Shown here in pieces: positions 34,986 to 61,739 of a DNA stretch of 64,000 nt. A program made the translations under genes and the position numbers. The notes under the pieces were generated by a model. That model was not told the origin of the DNA. It searched no databases and was given only the letters and a program-made list of their open reading frames with translations. This DNA is from Chrysemys picta bellii (Eukaryota): contig NC_088807.1 of NCBI RefSeq assembly GCF_011386835.1, positions 20,398,001-20,462,000 on the forward strand, in the 5' to 3' direction. How positions within the stretch are numbered: the stretch's first letter is position 1; every line of letters starts with the position of its first letter.

Positions 34986-37900
34986 ATGTCTCTGGCGGAC
35001 GAGCTGCTGGCCGACCTGGAGGAGGCGGCGGAGGAGGAGGACAACTTTGTGGATGAGGAAGATGAGCCGGCCATCGAGGATGTGCAGGAGGAGATGCAGC
35101 TGGACCTCAGCGTTGACTCGGTCAAGAGCATTGCCAAGCTCTGGGACAGCAAGATGGTGAGAGATGGGACCTTTCCTCTCTAGGGGGCACTGGTTCCCAT
35201 CCAGCCCCAGGGCAGGGACTGGCTGGCTCAGGGGGGCAGGAAATGGGGCAAGGGGCCTCTCCCTTCTAAGGGGTGCTGGCTCCCATCTGGCCCCAGGCAG
35301 GGGGTGGGCTGGCTGGCTTGCTTGGGGGGCAGTGAATGAGACATGGGGCCTCTCTTCTCTAATGTCATGCTGGGGCATTGAGGTCAGCCCTGACTTGGAG
35401 GGGAGAGCATCCCCTGCTGCTCCCCTTTCCCCCACTTGCTTCATCTTTTCCAAGTACAGAAGAGCCTGCTGTGTTTTCTCTTGGCAGTTTGCGGAGATCA
35501 TGGTGAAGATCGAGGAGTATATCAGCAAACAGTCGAAAGCCACAGAAGGTACTGGATCGGGGATGGGGTGTGGGAGTGCAGCTAACCTCTCTGCTCTGAC
35601 TGCAAAGGTGGTACCATCAGTATCACAGCACCTCCTAGCATTGGGGTCAGCACTGTCTGTGTGGGGAGAGCGCCCCCTACTGAGCCCCTGCCTTGATCCC
35701 TGCAGCACAGTGCCCCCTAGCGCCACACAGGGCATTGGGACCTTCCCTGACTCCTGGGGGAGAGCGCCCCCTACTGAACCTCCACCCTGTTCCCTGCAGC
35801 ACAGAGCCCCAGTGAGATCCTTACGTGCGTTCTCTCCGCAGTGATGGGGCCGGTGGAGGCGGCTCCGGAGTACCGAGTCATCGTTGACGCCAACAACCTG
35901 ACGGTGGAGATTGAAAATGAACTGAGTGAGTGGCTGCCTCGTGACGGGTGTTGCTAAAAGAGACGCATGTGGGGGGTGGGGGCACAGTGTGTGTTTGGGG
36001 GTACAGGAGGTGCTGTGCGAGGGAGGGGCTCCATCTCCTTTGGCTCATGCTCTGCATGGCTAAGTCAGGGAAGTTCTCTGGCCTGCCTTGTGCAGGAGGT
36101 CACATCAGATGGTCACCGGGCCCCTTTTGTGAGCCTACAGAGTGCCTGCCCCAGCAAGGATGCGCTCCTGGCATACACAGCTCTGCTCTCCGCCATGTCC
36201 GCGACTGGAGGAGGTCCCCGGCGCACGGCCAGCCATCGGGGGCTACGCCGCGTGTAGTGGAGCTGGCTGACAGACTGGGTCTCCTTGCTCTGAGTCGGAC
36301 TGAGAAACTATAACTTCCGATTTGGGACCTTCAGCTTGCAAGAGCAGAGGACAGGAAGCAGAAGGGTTAATTCTGAAGGAAACGGAGCCTGTGTGGCCTT
36401 GTGGTTAGAGCGCTGGGGACTTGGGAGCTGGGTTTATTCCCAGCTGTGCTGCTGGCCTGCTGGGTGGCTGTCCCTCGCTCTGTGCCTCGGTTTCCCCATC
36501 TGTGAAATGAAGATAAAGAAGGGCAGAGCGGTTAAGTGCCGTGAGATTGAGTTTGTTAAATAGGCAGGTGGGGTAATCCCCAGCTCTTGTCTATGTGCAG
36601 CCGTACAGGGCCTGGCTGGGGACATGCAGCTTCCCTTCTAGGGTCCGGGGGCTTCTGCAACAGAAGAGAGGCCCCCAGGTGATTTCCAGGGCTGTTCCCC
36701 CGTAACTAATAGGGTGGGGTCTCGTCCCTTCCCCTCCCCCTTTGTGTCCCATCAGACATCATCCACAAATTCATCCGGGATAAATACTCCAAGCGATTCC
36801 CCGAGCTGGAGTCCCTGGTTCCCAATGCTCTGGATTACATCCGCACGGTCAAGGTGTGTGCTGCTGCTGCTAGTGGTGGGGTAGGAGGGATGAGTGACGG
36901 GCAGAAGGGAGGGCAGATGCATGTTAGGAGGAGGAGGTCTGGGGCTGGGCACGGGGTGGGGGGTGAAGGGCAATGTCGGGGGAGGGCAGGAACTGAAGGG
37001 GCCTGGGGGAGAGGAGAGCAAACACTGAACATCCAGGTGCTTGGGGTGACCCAAACCTCTGAGTTGCTGGGGTTGGGTGGCGACAGGACCGAGGGTCTGG
37101 CTGCCAGGGGGTGGGCACTGAAGGCCCAGATGGGGGTGGGGGAGGGAAGCCAGGTGGTGTGGGCATTGAGGATCTGGGTGATGAGGAGGTGGCACTGAGG
37201 GTCTGGTTGAGGGGGGTTGGGCACTGAAAAGCCAGACCTGGGGGGAGGGGGTAGCTGGGTAAGGTGGGGGTGGGCACTAGGGGTCTGGGTGACGGGGGTG
37301 GGGGGAAATAGCCAGGGTTTGGCTCTAGCTGGGGACCTGCTGTCTTCTGCCGTCCCCCTGCCTTGCGGTGCCCTTGGTGCTGTGTCCGGGCTGTGTCCGT
37401 GTGTCTGTCCCAGCCCTGCTGACTGACCCCCTGCGTTTGTCTGTGTCGTCCCCGCGCAGGAGCTGGGCAACAGCCTGGACAAGTGCAAGAACAACGAGAA
37501 CGTGCAGCAGATCCTGACTAACGCCACCATCATGGTGGTGAGCGTCACGGCCTCCACCACGCAAGGGTACGCTGGGCCGTGGGCCCCACCTTCCTGGATC
37601 CCTGCCCTGCTGTGGGGGAGGGGTGGGACACCAGGCTGCGGGGGCTCCCATCCCCTGTTCCCCCACCTGCTACTGTAGTGGGGACCGCAGCCGCAGGCCT
37701 CCCCTATGCTGATCCTGCCTACCATGTGGGTGGTGGAGCACTGGGCCCTCCTTCCTTCCTATCTTCTGCCCCCAGTGCTCCGTTTCCCATACGCAGGGAC
37801 CTGACCCCTGAGCTGGAGGGTGGGGAGAGCCAGGAGGCAGGACTCCTGGGTTCTATCCCTGGCTCCAGTCCCTGCTGCCTCTGAGCCTGTCCGGGCATGA

Positions 37901-40900
37901 GAGATCCCAGGGGGCTGCTTGTGAGATCTGGCAGGAGGAAGCTTGGCCTGCCTTTCCCTTCTCCAGCCCATTTGTATGTTCTGCCCCAGAAGCAGCTGCA
38001 TCTCAGTGGGAGGCACGTAGGAGGGAGGGGGGATGTGAGCCAGGGGCTTGGGCTGGGCCCAAACGGGACAGGGAATCACCTGCCCTGTGTCTGGAGGCCC
38101 CTGTCCGAGCCCAGGCCAGGTGCTGGGGTCTGCAGCCCCCCAGGAGGCCAGGGCGTGGGGGTCACCCATCATCCTCCCCCCGCAGGCAGCAGCTGACGGA
38201 GGAGGAGCTGGAACGCATCGAGGAAGCCTGCGACATGGCCCTGGAGCTCAACCAATCAAAGCATCGCATCTACGAATACGTGGAGTCCCGCATGTCCTTC
38301 ATCGCCCCCAACCTGTCCATCATCGTCGGCGCCTCCACCGCCGCCAAGATCATGGGTGAGGGGCTGCGGGGGGGGGGGGCACGGGACCTCTCCCCGCTAG
38401 GGAGCGCTGGCTCCCAGACAGCTGGGTCCCCCCGCCGCTGTCAGGCCGAGCGGGTCTAATGCTGCCCATCCACCCCACAGGCATCGCTGGCGGCCTCACC
38501 AACCTCTCCAAGATGCCGGCCTGTAACATCATGCTCCTGGGAGCCCAGCGCAAGACTCTGTCCGGCTTCTCCAGCACTTCGGTGCTGCCCCACACGGGGT
38601 ACATCTACCACAGCGACATCGTGCAGTCGCTGCCCCCGGTACGGCCCCTCTGCTCACGTCAGGTCCCAGCGCCTGTCTGCTCTATTCCCCCTGGATCCCA
38701 CACCCCAATGTTTCTCACTGTCTCTGAGATCTTCCTGCCCCTCAGCACCCCGACGCCCTTCTGCTCTATTCCACCACCACCACCACCCGGCTACCCCCCA
38801 GCATTCTGATGTCCCCTCTGCTCTATTCCCCCCCAGATCCCACACCCCAATGTTTCTCAGTGCCTGAGCTCTTTTTCCCCCCCGCGTGCCCCTCCACTCT
38901 ATCCCCCCCGGATCCCACACCCCGACATTTCTCAGTGCCTCTGAGCTCTTTCCTTCCCCCACCCCCAGCGCCCTGACACCTGTCTCTACGTCTCTCCCCC
39001 CCGGCCCTCCGGATCCCAGCATCCTGACAACCATGTCTCCCCATCTGTCGTCCCCTTCTCCCCCTGGATCCCAGGGCCCTGACGCTCCTCTGCGTCTCCC
39101 TGCTCTGTCCCCCCCCCGGATCCCGATGCCCCTGTGCTTCCTCGCCCAGGCTTGGCCTCCTAGCACCTTGACACCTCTCTTCCTCCCCCAGGACCTGCGG
39201 AGGAAGGCGGCCCGTCTTGTTGCTGCAAAGTGCACGCTGGCGGCTCGGGTTGACAGCTTCCATGAGAGCCCAGAGGGGAAGGTGGGTATCAAAAATATGA
39301 GGAGTGGGGTTTAGGGGTAAGAGTGGGGGAGCTGGGAGCCAGGACTCCTGGGTTCTCTCCCCAGCTCTGGGAGGAGAATGGGGTCTAGGGGTAAGAGCAG
39401 CCCCCTTTGTGTGTGAGCTGACCCCCTAGCCTTGCCCAGGCTGTGCCCTCCCTGTGCGCAGGGGAGCGTGGTGACTGCCCGCTAGTTCTCCGTGTCTCCC
39501 CTCCCCGGGCAGGTGGGCTACGACCTCAAGGAGGAGATTGAACGGAAGTTTGACAAATGGCAGGAGCCTCCCCCTGTGAAGCAGGTGAAGCCCCTGCCGG
39601 CCCCCCTGGATGGCCAGAGAAAGAAACGAGGAGGCCGCAGGTGAGAGGGGATTGAGTGGGGGGCTTCCAGGGGGTGCTGGCTCCCATCTGGCATCTGGGT
39701 GGGGGGCTGGCTGGCTGCAGAGGGTGGGGAATGGGGCATTTGGCCTCTCTGCTCTAGGGGGCGCTGGCTCCCATCCAGCACCAGGACAGGCACTGGCTGG
39801 CTCAGGGGGGCAGGGAATGGGGCATGGGACCTCTGCCCTCTAGGGGGCGCCCCACTCCCTTCCCAGAGCTGGGAGTAGAACCCAGGTGTCCCAGTCCCAT
39901 AATTCAACCACATCTGCGCACCAAGCACTGGGCGCCATGGTCAGTCCAGCACCAATCCACCTGCTGTTCCCTCCCAGGTATCGGAAGATGAAGGAGCGAC
40001 TGGGGCTCACGGAGATCCGGAAACAGGCCAACAGGATGAGCTTCGGGGAGGTGAGCAGCCTACGACCTTCATCCCCTTCCCCACAGAGATTCTGTTCCTG
40101 GCTCTGGGAAGGGAGCGGGGGCCAGTGGTTAGAGCAGGGGGGCTGGGAGCCAGGACTCCTGGATTCTATCCCCGACTTCCCCTGATTGTGGTTGTTCAGG
40201 CTGGTCTATGCATGAAGGATAATGTGAATTAAGGTTGGGGGTGAGCTGGCGGCTGATAGCTGCCCCTGGTGAATTCCTCGTGGATGGTTATTGTGGAGTT
40301 AATCCAGAGCCGCACTCTGTGTAGACCAACACTCGCTGGAGATGTGCAAGTTGTTCTCTCCCCCCCCCCCCCCCCCAAAATAGCACTTATACCTCCCCAG
40401 GGGGTACTTGGTGCTAGGCAGGGCCAGACTCTAGGGTGCTTTGAGCTCTCACCACTTGATCATCCTCCTTCCCTGTGTGACTCCTGGAAACTGCCCCTTG
40501 CCACCACAGATCGAGGAAGACGCCTACCAAGAGGACTTGGGCTTCAGCCTGGGCCACCTGGGCAAGTCGGGCAGCGGCCGGGTGCGGCAGACGCAGGTCA
40601 ACGAGGCTACCAAAGCCAGGATCTCCAAGACCTTACAGGTAGCTAGGGGGATGGGGATGGAGTCATGTGGGCCGGGTACCCTCTCACGCCCCATAGTGCC
40701 ATGACACTGGAGCTGATCCCGCCACCCCACCCCAGAGGCGGCTGCTCTCTGCGCCAAGCAAGCATGGTGGAGCAGAGCCCCTCCCTCCCATCAGGGACCA
40801 GTAGAGACCCCCTCCTCTCAGGAGCAATGGGGTTCCCTCTCCCCACCACACAGGCAGTTGGGCTCCCCCCTCTGAGCGATGGGCTCAGGCTCCCTGCAGA

Positions 40901-41755
40901 CTCAGGCTGCGTTTTGAAACAAAGCCGTGATTCCGATCCCATCCCCTGAGCCTTCAGGCAGCCCCGCTCCCTGCTGGCGTTCCCCTTCCCAGTCTGTCAT
41001 CGTCCCTGTCCCCCTCGCGCCATCCATGTGCTAACCCCGTGTGCCTCCGTCCCCGCCCAGCGCACACTCCAGAAGCAGAGCATGGTGTATGGCGGGAAAT
41101 CGACAATCCGGGATCGCTCCTCAGGCACGGCCTCCAGCGTGGCCTTCACTCCGCTCCAGGTAAGCCCCATGGCTGCCACAGATCTGGGCTCATGAAGGAC
41201 GTGGCCCCTCCAAGAGCAGTTGGGGGAGGTGATATTGACATGGCCTTTGACCCTCTTCCCCCCCCCCCCCACCCCCCATATCTCCTGCCCCAAATATCCC
41301 TGCAAGAATGAGGGGTAGGAAATAAATTTCCCACATGTGGGTAGGGGATGTTTCTGGCCCCGTCCTGACACAGCTGGGTACTGGCAGCTGTCAGACAAGG
41401 GATCTTGCAGCTCTTGTCCCATCTGGAGAATTCTTTACTGATGTCTCCCATAAGGACCACTTCCTGTCCTAAACTGACATGCAGTGCAGCTGTTAAAAGC
41501 CTCCCACCCCAGCCCTGAGCAAAGGGTCCCAGTATAAACACCCCCCGCGCCTCACCCCACAGGGGTCACGTCTCGGCATCAGGCGCGCATGGCAAATGCA
41601 AGTCCCCCTGTCTCTCTCTGTCTCAGGGTCTGGAGATCGTTAACCCACAAGCGGCAGAGAAGAAGGTGGCGGAGGCCAACCAGAAATACTTCTCCAGCAT
41701 GGCAGAGTTCCTAAAGGTGAAGAGCGAGAAAAGCGGCATCATGTCCAGCACATGA
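34986..41755 (+). CDS. PRPF31: Pre-mRNA processing factor 31, 498 aa. Coding exons 34986-35156, 35488-35548, 35842-35925, 36756-36853, 37460-37566, 38186-38355, 38481-38638, 39192-39281, 39513-39640, 39978-40050, 40510-40638, 41061-41159, 41627-41755
   Basis: MSLADELLADLEEAAEEE..NOP domain..DLRRKAARLVAAKCTLAARVDSFHES..GLEIVNPQAAEKKVAEANQKYFSSMAEFLKV; 1497 nt in frame; all introns GT-AG. Confidence 0.98.
35175..35320 (+). repeat. Second dispersed ~85-bp satellite family (also at 39660-39850 and 48700-48880)
   Basis: CTAGGGGGCGCTGGCTCCCATCC..CCCCAGGGCAGGGACTGGCTGGCTCAGGGGGGCAGGGAATGGGGC. Confidence 0.7.
36395..36525 (+). mobile_element. MIR/CORE-SINE with tRNA-like head; further fragments at ~42650-42745 (-) and ~46800-46890 (+)
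   Basis: GTGGTTAGAGC..GGGTTTATTCCCAGCT head followed by CTCTGTGCCTCGGTTTCCCCATCTGTGAAATG CORE. Confidence 0.75.
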
Positions 41756-43570
41756 GCCTCTTCCCTACAGACTCGCCCTTGCCCCCTCGCTCAGAGCCCG
41801 GCCGTGCTGGGAAGCATCGGGGAAGTTCTGGGGCTTTTGCTCCCTCGATCAGCAGGACCTGGCCCTTCCACCTCCCAGCCGTGGAGAAGCTGGGCCGAGC
41901 CAACCTGCTGTCTCCTGAGCATCTTTCTGTTCCTGGGGGGCCCCCTGCCTGAGCTCCACACAGGCTGGGGAGCTCTGAGTGTGTCCGGGGAGGGGAGTGA
42001 ATTCACTGTATAAGGGGTGTGAGAAAGAGAGAGAGAGACTTGCTAGCTGTATAAACTAGTGGGTGTGTGTATATGAGATGAATGCAGAATGGCTGGTGCA
42101 TCAATTTCTCAGTGCTCGTGTTGAAATCTCCCTTGGCTTGTGCCCGAGAGCAGAGGCGGGGAGTGGGCTAACAAAAGGGGGGTGGAGGGATGTTTATTGG
42201 GAGCAAACATGGGGGCTGAATCTGTCTTTTAAATTTTGTTTTTGGAAGAAATATAACAGGCTGGAAGCGAGTATCTCTGGTTCTTGTTGGGGGCAATTCT
42301 CTGAAAGGGAGGGGATGGGCTAAAGGGAATTAGCATGCTAGTGGCAGCCCGTTGTGCAAGGTGTTGTCCAGCTGCAGAGCAGCAGTGACTGGGGCTCTCG
42401 GTGGCGTATGTGGCCCCTTTGTGCTCGGAGCTGTACATGCTGCTGGTATGAGTGACCCTGCAGCCCCTCCCAGAGCAGCTGGAAGTCTACCACCCTTGAT
42501 GCTGCCCAACGGTCACCAAGAGCGAGGGGCCTCTTCCAGCGGGTGTTTAAATGCAGTCACTGAAATTTGGGCCCCAGTGTGGCAGCAAGAGAGGGTCTCC
42601 TATTGGGCTGGTGCCCTGACCTAAAGGATTTAGTCTAAATAGCTTCAGAATAGGAGAAACTGAGGCCAGGGGTGTGCTGCTATTTGCCCAAGATCCAGCA
42701 GGAGGGTGGTGGCAGAGCTGGAACGACCAGGTCTCAGGAGTCCTGGGCAGGAGCCCTACCCCCCCCAGGTGGGGAAGTAAGAGTGGTGACCCGCACTGTG
42801 CTTGCTCTTCTCCCTTGTCTCATACCGTTTTCTGGGTCACTCTGATTTCCTCTCCTTCATGCTGCCATGACCTGAGTGCAGGAACAGGTGTTCAGTTGGC
42901 TGGGGCTGGTTCCTACCCCCATCTCTGGGAGATGAATGGGGGCTACTGCTTAGAGTAGGGGGTGTGAGAGTCAGGCTGGGGCCCTCTTTGGGTAAGGGAA
43001 GGGGCATCTATCCTTGACACTAACCCCTCCCCTACAGTCAGTCAACTGGCCTAAGCCCTCCTGGGCATAGGTGCAGTGATCCCCTCTTGTGCTGTGGGCC
43101 CTGGGGCTGTCCTAGCCTAAGCACCATCATCCAGTCTTCTTGGAGGTGGGTGTGAGTAGGGGCGTCCCTACCCTGCAGTCCAGGGCCTTTGCCCTCCTGG
43201 GGTACTAGGTCTGGTCCCAGTGTGGGGAAACTCCACCACCCCCCATGCCCACACATTCTGCTGCCCTAACCCATCTCCTATGGGCTGGACCCCCAAACAC
43301 ACACACTGCCGCCCTAGTGCTGGGGGGTTCTCGTGGCCGTGGCTGGTCCAGGCTCTCCCACCCTTGTTGGTTGGATTCCCCACACATCCTCACTCCCCCC
43401 CCCCCCCCCAAGCTGCCTGGGGCTCCCCCATTCTCCCTTCCCCCCCTTGCATGGGGTCATTTTGCACCCAGGCCCCGCTGGGGCCCAGCTGCCCTTTAAG
43501 GCCCACTGTATATAACTCAATATTGCCCTTAGTACCCAGGGGGCGGGCCCTTCCCGTGGTCTTCAATCCC

Positions 43571-44288
43571 ATTGGTCCCTAAGGGCTTGAGTGAGAACCT
43601 CAGTGGGCAATAGCTCTCAACAGTGTGCTTTAAGCCCGCCTCCCCGTTGCACCCTGCTACTATTGGTTCGTCGTCCATCGTCTCAGCCAATCAGTGTCTG
43701 GCGAATTCATCAGCCCGCCTCCCCCGCGTCAGGTAATCGTTGCGATTGAGCTATCTCCTGACTGCGGGCTGGGAGCCAATCAGCTGCGAGAGTAGCTTCA
43801 TGGGCAGTCCCTCCGACCAATGGGGAAGACCGCGCTGTGACGGGTATCGCCCCTTGCTTCCTTTTCCCATGTGGGCGAGCCTCCTTTATGACCCTCCCTT
43901 CTCGGCCAATAAACGGTGAGGAGAGCTGATGGATGTGTGCTGAGGCCAATAAGAAGGAAGTTGAGTGTTGATTGACATATCCTAGGTAGGCGGGTCCCCT
44001 GGGTTGCCCCGCCTCCATCTAATGTAGCCAATAGGAGGACAAAATGACTTAACGGGCGTGCGGTAAACCCAATGGGGTGCGGCCGGGGGGGCGGGGCCAT
44101 GCCCCGGGGCGGAGAGGCGGACGGAGGCAGCTGGCCGCCATCTTGGATGCCGCGGAGCCCGAGAGACGGCGGCGAGTGGGGGGAGGGGGTCGCGACCCGA
44201 CTGATCGGCGGCAGCATCGCGACAGTCGGCCCGCGAGCGGGGGGGAGGGGACCGATCCCCGGGGCCCGACCGCCCGCAGGAGCCTCCG
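43571..44288 (+). promoter_or_regulatory. CNOT3 CpG-island promoter and non-coding exon 1 (donor after 44288)
   Basis: Nine CCAAT/ATTGG boxes at 43571-44073, a GC box near 44090, YY1 GCCGCCATCTT at 44134-44144, donor GTGAGG. Confidence 0.75.
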
Positions 44289-47200
44289 GTGAGGGGGAGG
44301 GGCTGGGGGCGGGGGACCCCCCATGGGGGAGGGGCCAGTAGGAGCCCGGAGGGGCCCCCTATGGGGAGGGGTCTATAAGGGTCCGGAGAGAACCCGTGGG
44401 GGAGGGGCATGTAGGGGGAATCTATAGGGGGAGGGGTTTATAGGGGACCCTATGGAGAGGGGGGTCTGGAGGGTCCCTAGCAGGAGGGCAGCGGACTGGG
44501 TGCTGTAGGGGCCTATAGGGATCCATAGGGGAGATGGGGCTATAGTGGGCCAGGGTCTGTTGGAGGCTGTAGGGCCCATAGGGGAATGGGGGGGATCGGT
44601 TAGGGGGCTATAGGGAGGTCTGTTGGGCGGGGGTAATCGGGTGTAAAGGGGGAGGAGCCTTTACTCCAGCAGCGCTGCAAGGTTCAGGGTGGCAGGAGGG
44701 CTCCGTGGCCCGGGAGCATCCCTAGAGGTTCCCAGGGGTGAGTGTTGCAGGGGTGGGGGGTATAGAGTACATAGGGGCAGGGGGGATATGGGATCTATAG
44801 GGGAAGCAGAAATGGGGCAGGGGGGGGGGGCCGTGGTTGTGCATGTGCGGAGGGGAAAGGCCCCGTGTCCCCTTCTCCCATTATTAAGTTGCACAGGACT
44901 TCAGCTCAGGCGGGAGCCCAGCAGCTGGAGCAAGGGAGTTAGGATGCCGCTGAGGGGGCAGACAGCCTATTGGCGACAGCAGTAGATCAGCCAGCCGGAC
45001 GCCTGGGTTCTATTCCCACCACTTCACAAAAGGGCTTGTTAGTGGATCCCCTTTGGGGGCACAGCCCCATCCCTGGGCATGGATGGGATTGCGTGGGGCA
45101 GCAGGGCTCTGGCCATGATCCCTGGTGGATAGGCTGCCCAGGGGCTCTCTCCCTAAACCCCTCCATTGTCCCTCTCTGCCAGCAGCTGTGCCTTCACCTG
45201 CTCCACAGAGAGCTCAGCCCTGGTGCCAGCTGGTACCAAGACAGCCAGGCCATGGGTGTGAGAGGTGTGTGTAGGGTTGGGTTGGAAAACAGATGCTCAT
45301 AGCTGCTATTAGCCAGGTAAAGAATATATTTGCTGTAGGTGAAGCCTCATATCCCATCCCACCCCTCAGAGCTGGCCAGACCCCAGCCCTGCGGCCGGAT
45401 CAGAGCTGCTGCCCCCTAGAAGGGTAAGGCCTCATATCCCATTCCCTATCCCCCAGCCAACCATTCCCCCCCTCTGGGGCCAGATCAGAGCCCGTGCCCC
45501 CTAGGGGGGGAAAGCATCCAGTCCCCCAACCTCCCTTAGGGCCGAAGTTTACAAGGCCAAACCAGACTCTTGTTAGCCTTATCTTCCCATCCACATCTCC
45601 GTCAGGGGATTTGATTTTGGGCTCCCCTGCTCCTCAGCCCTCTCGGGGGAGGGAGCCAACAGAAGCGGTAGCGTCCCCAGGCGTTTGCATCCCTGCTGAT
45701 CCACAGGAGATACGACCCCTGCTCAAAAGCAATGGCTAAATCCATTGCAGTTTGTGGACGGGCTGCAATTTTTGGCTTTCAGACACTGCTGGGCAACAGC
45801 CCCTGCTAAAAGCCGGACGCTTCCCTTTGGGGGAGCTTGTCTGTTGATCTTAGAGTGCATTAAAACAAACGGTTGATTTCTAGGATGTTTAGATCTAAAT
45901 TTAGAGGGGCAGCCTCAATCTGATCAATTTCAGGGCTTGCCTGGCCAGGAGGAAATTGACCAGGTCGCTCCCCCCATGCTCTGTAGCTCAGTTGTATGGG
46001 AATTGCTCTGCAGGTCAGTTTCACCCTGGCATAGCCTGGTCTCAGAAGGATCCAAGTCATTTCCAGGTGCACCACGTACTCCCACTCCCCCTAGTTGGTG
46101 GCTGTACAGTTATAGGATTAATTATGGGTTTTCCTCATGCCAGTCACAGAGCAGGGCCCTGCTGTGCCAGGTGCTGTACAGAACAGGCAGTTTTACAAGC
46201 GGATTGTGGGGGCGCTTGTGGGCAAGGCAGGGGATTGGGACGCCAGAGAGCCCCATTCTGCCACAGACTCCCTTTGCCCCCTTGCTCGCTGTGATTGTTT
46301 CAGGGGCGCCGAGGTCTTCAGTGGGATATGGAGGGCTTGGGCTCTCCCTAGATCATTGGGTTTATCGCCAGTCTCACGAGAAAAGCGGTGACCGCTGCCC
46401 ATCTGACGGGAGACAAGCAAGCAGGTGCCCACGCTATACTGTTCAGACAGCTTCCCGCGCCCCACAGCCACCCCCCTTCCGGCACAGTCCACAAGCCCAA
46501 TTCACAATCTTACGAAATCAGTGGCAGGTTAGAATCTAAAATGACCAAATCAGTTCGCTCCACTTGGTGTGTAAAGGCCAAGGTGTGTTTTAACTGGAGA
46601 AAATGTAGGCTAATGGTTAGAGCGGGGGAGGCTGGAAGCCAGAACGCTTGGGTTCTGTCCGCAGCTCTGGGAGGGGATGGTGTCTAGTGGTTAGAGCGGG
46701 GGGGGGGGGGGGGGGGAGAGAGACAGCTGAGAGCCAGGACTCCTGGGTTCTCTCCCCAGTTCTGGGAGGGTAGTGTGGTCAGAGCAGGAGGAAATTGAAG
46801 TGAACTCATGGGTTCTGCTCCAGCCTGCTGCATGACCCAAGGTACATCACAGCCCCATTTTGTGCCTCAGTTTCCCCATCTGCAAAGCAGGCCTAGCGAC
46901 ACTCACCTCTCTCCAGACGCCCTGTACAAAGGGGGCCACTGCTATGCTGCAGTTCTCCTCCCCCAGGAGTGGCGCTCTCACCGACAGCCCAGAGCCCGCT
47001 CTTAGACCACTGAGTCTTTATAGCCCCAGTCCTTTCCCAGCATCCTATGCTGCAGCACAGGTTGTGGTGGGGGGGAGGGGCTCTCAACTTTCCTCCCAGT
47101 CATGTGCCTCTTTCACCTGTGTAGGAGCCTCCCACCTGCAGGCCCTAGACAGCCAGGCCACCTCTAGGTAAGCCAGAGGCCTTTGGCCTCTTGCAAAGCA

Positions 47201-48994
47201 CTTGGGGGGCATGGCAGCTATTCAGTAGACGCTAGGGCCATGGGTGCTAATGGGATCCCGGGGGGCACACGCAGGGGCCCTGGGGTGAGACTGCTGGGAT
47301 CCTGGGGGCAGCCAGGGGCTGATCCGTCACAAAGGGTCAGGAGAGCCCCACCAGCGGTGGGGTGGGCCCTGCCAGTTCCCTCTGTATAGTTGAACAAAGA
47401 GAGGGTTCAGGGCTCCTCGGGCTGGCAGGCACCAGTCTGACCAGGGCCACAGGCTGGGCGGGAAAGCTCGGCCAGTTCAGAGTGGAAATAAGGGGCAGGT
47501 TTTAAGTGGGGGGGGGTAATTAACATCTGGAAGGGTTGGCTGGGTGTGGCTTCTCCATCAGGAGCAATTAGCCAATCCCGCTGGGCTGTGTGCTCGGGGT
47601 GCAGACAAGGTGATCCCCGTGGGGAGCTGGCTGAGAATTGTCCGTTAGGCCGGGGGTGGGGGGGGGCAGATTAAAGGGACCAGGCCAGCTCCCTGAGGCT
47701 TCCAGTGTATTGTTAGGAAGCAAGGATGCGGGAGGGCTCCCCCCAAGCCTCAGGGGGGAAGGTTCTTTGGCATATGATCCCCCCACCCCCAGGCGGTTTG
47801 CCTCCTGGGGAACCAGGAAGTGAAACTGAACAAACAGCCCTTAGCCGGTAATGCCCAGGCCCCTCAGGGAGGACAAAGGGGGTTGAAACAGCCCCCGCTG
47901 CGAATCACCTTCCCCTGGGGTGAGGGGGCGGATCAGGGGCCTGTCTGGGGCACTGGGGCTATTCCTGGGCCCATAGGGAGCAGATCAGGGGCCTGGCCAG
48001 GGCACCCAAGTCTGTGGCTATTCTCTGCCCCCCAGAGACTGGAGCCTACACTTGAGCTGCCCTGAGTCACCCCGGGGGGCTGCCCCTCCTGAGAATCAGC
48101 CCTTAGGTATGAAGCACCCCGGGAAGCCCCGTCCCGTCCCCTCCAAGGAAATAACAAACAGCATCCGGACTAACCCCGGGGGCTGAACCAGCCCCGGTCC
48201 AGGCAGCATCTGAACACATAGGCTCAGGTCTCCTCCCCGTTCTCCAGTCGCCCACAGTCTCCGGGTCCCGAGTCGCTGAGCTCCGAGGTGGCTCCGCTCA
48301 GACTCCAGGCACGGTCGGCTTTGGGATTAACACCCAGCCACACCTGAATCCTGCCTGTCTCGGCAGCCCTGGCCCATGCTGGCAGCTTCTGTGCCACGCC
48401 CCCTGGAGCCAGCCTCAGGGCCACTGGCAGCAGCGCCCTGGCAAGGGGCCACACAGCCAGCGTCCCGTCAGCCGGGCCCCTTCTGGGCCAGCCGCACGAC
48501 CCTCAAAACCTGCTATTTCATGGTTTGACTGGAAGGCTGGGTGGGTGTGTGCTGCACTGCCCCCTGCTGCTGGGGTGGGGGTGTGGCTGTGTGCGCAGCG
48601 CTGCCCCCTGCTGGGGTGGGGGTGTATGAATGAACAGGCTTGGGACAATTGATCTGATCAAAGACTATGATGAGAGGCTGGCTGACTGAGGGGGGCAGGG
48701 AAAGGGGTCCAGGGCCTCTCCCGTGTAGGGGGCACCAGCTCCCATCCAACCCCAAGGCAGGGACTGGCTGGCTCAGGGGGGCAGGGAAAGGGGCCTGGGA
48801 TCTCTCCCCACTAGGGGGTGCCGGCTCCCATCCGACCCCAAGGCAGGGACTGGCTGGCTCGGGGGGCCAGGAATGGCGCCAGGGCTTCTCCCCAGTGGGT
48901 TGGGAGGCTGCATTGCCGTAACGTTGCTTTGCTGTCCCCTGCAGCGTTGGAGCTTTCTGAAGCATGAGGAGAGCCCCCCGCCAGTGACCGAAAC

Positions 48995-61739
<12,745 letters not shown>

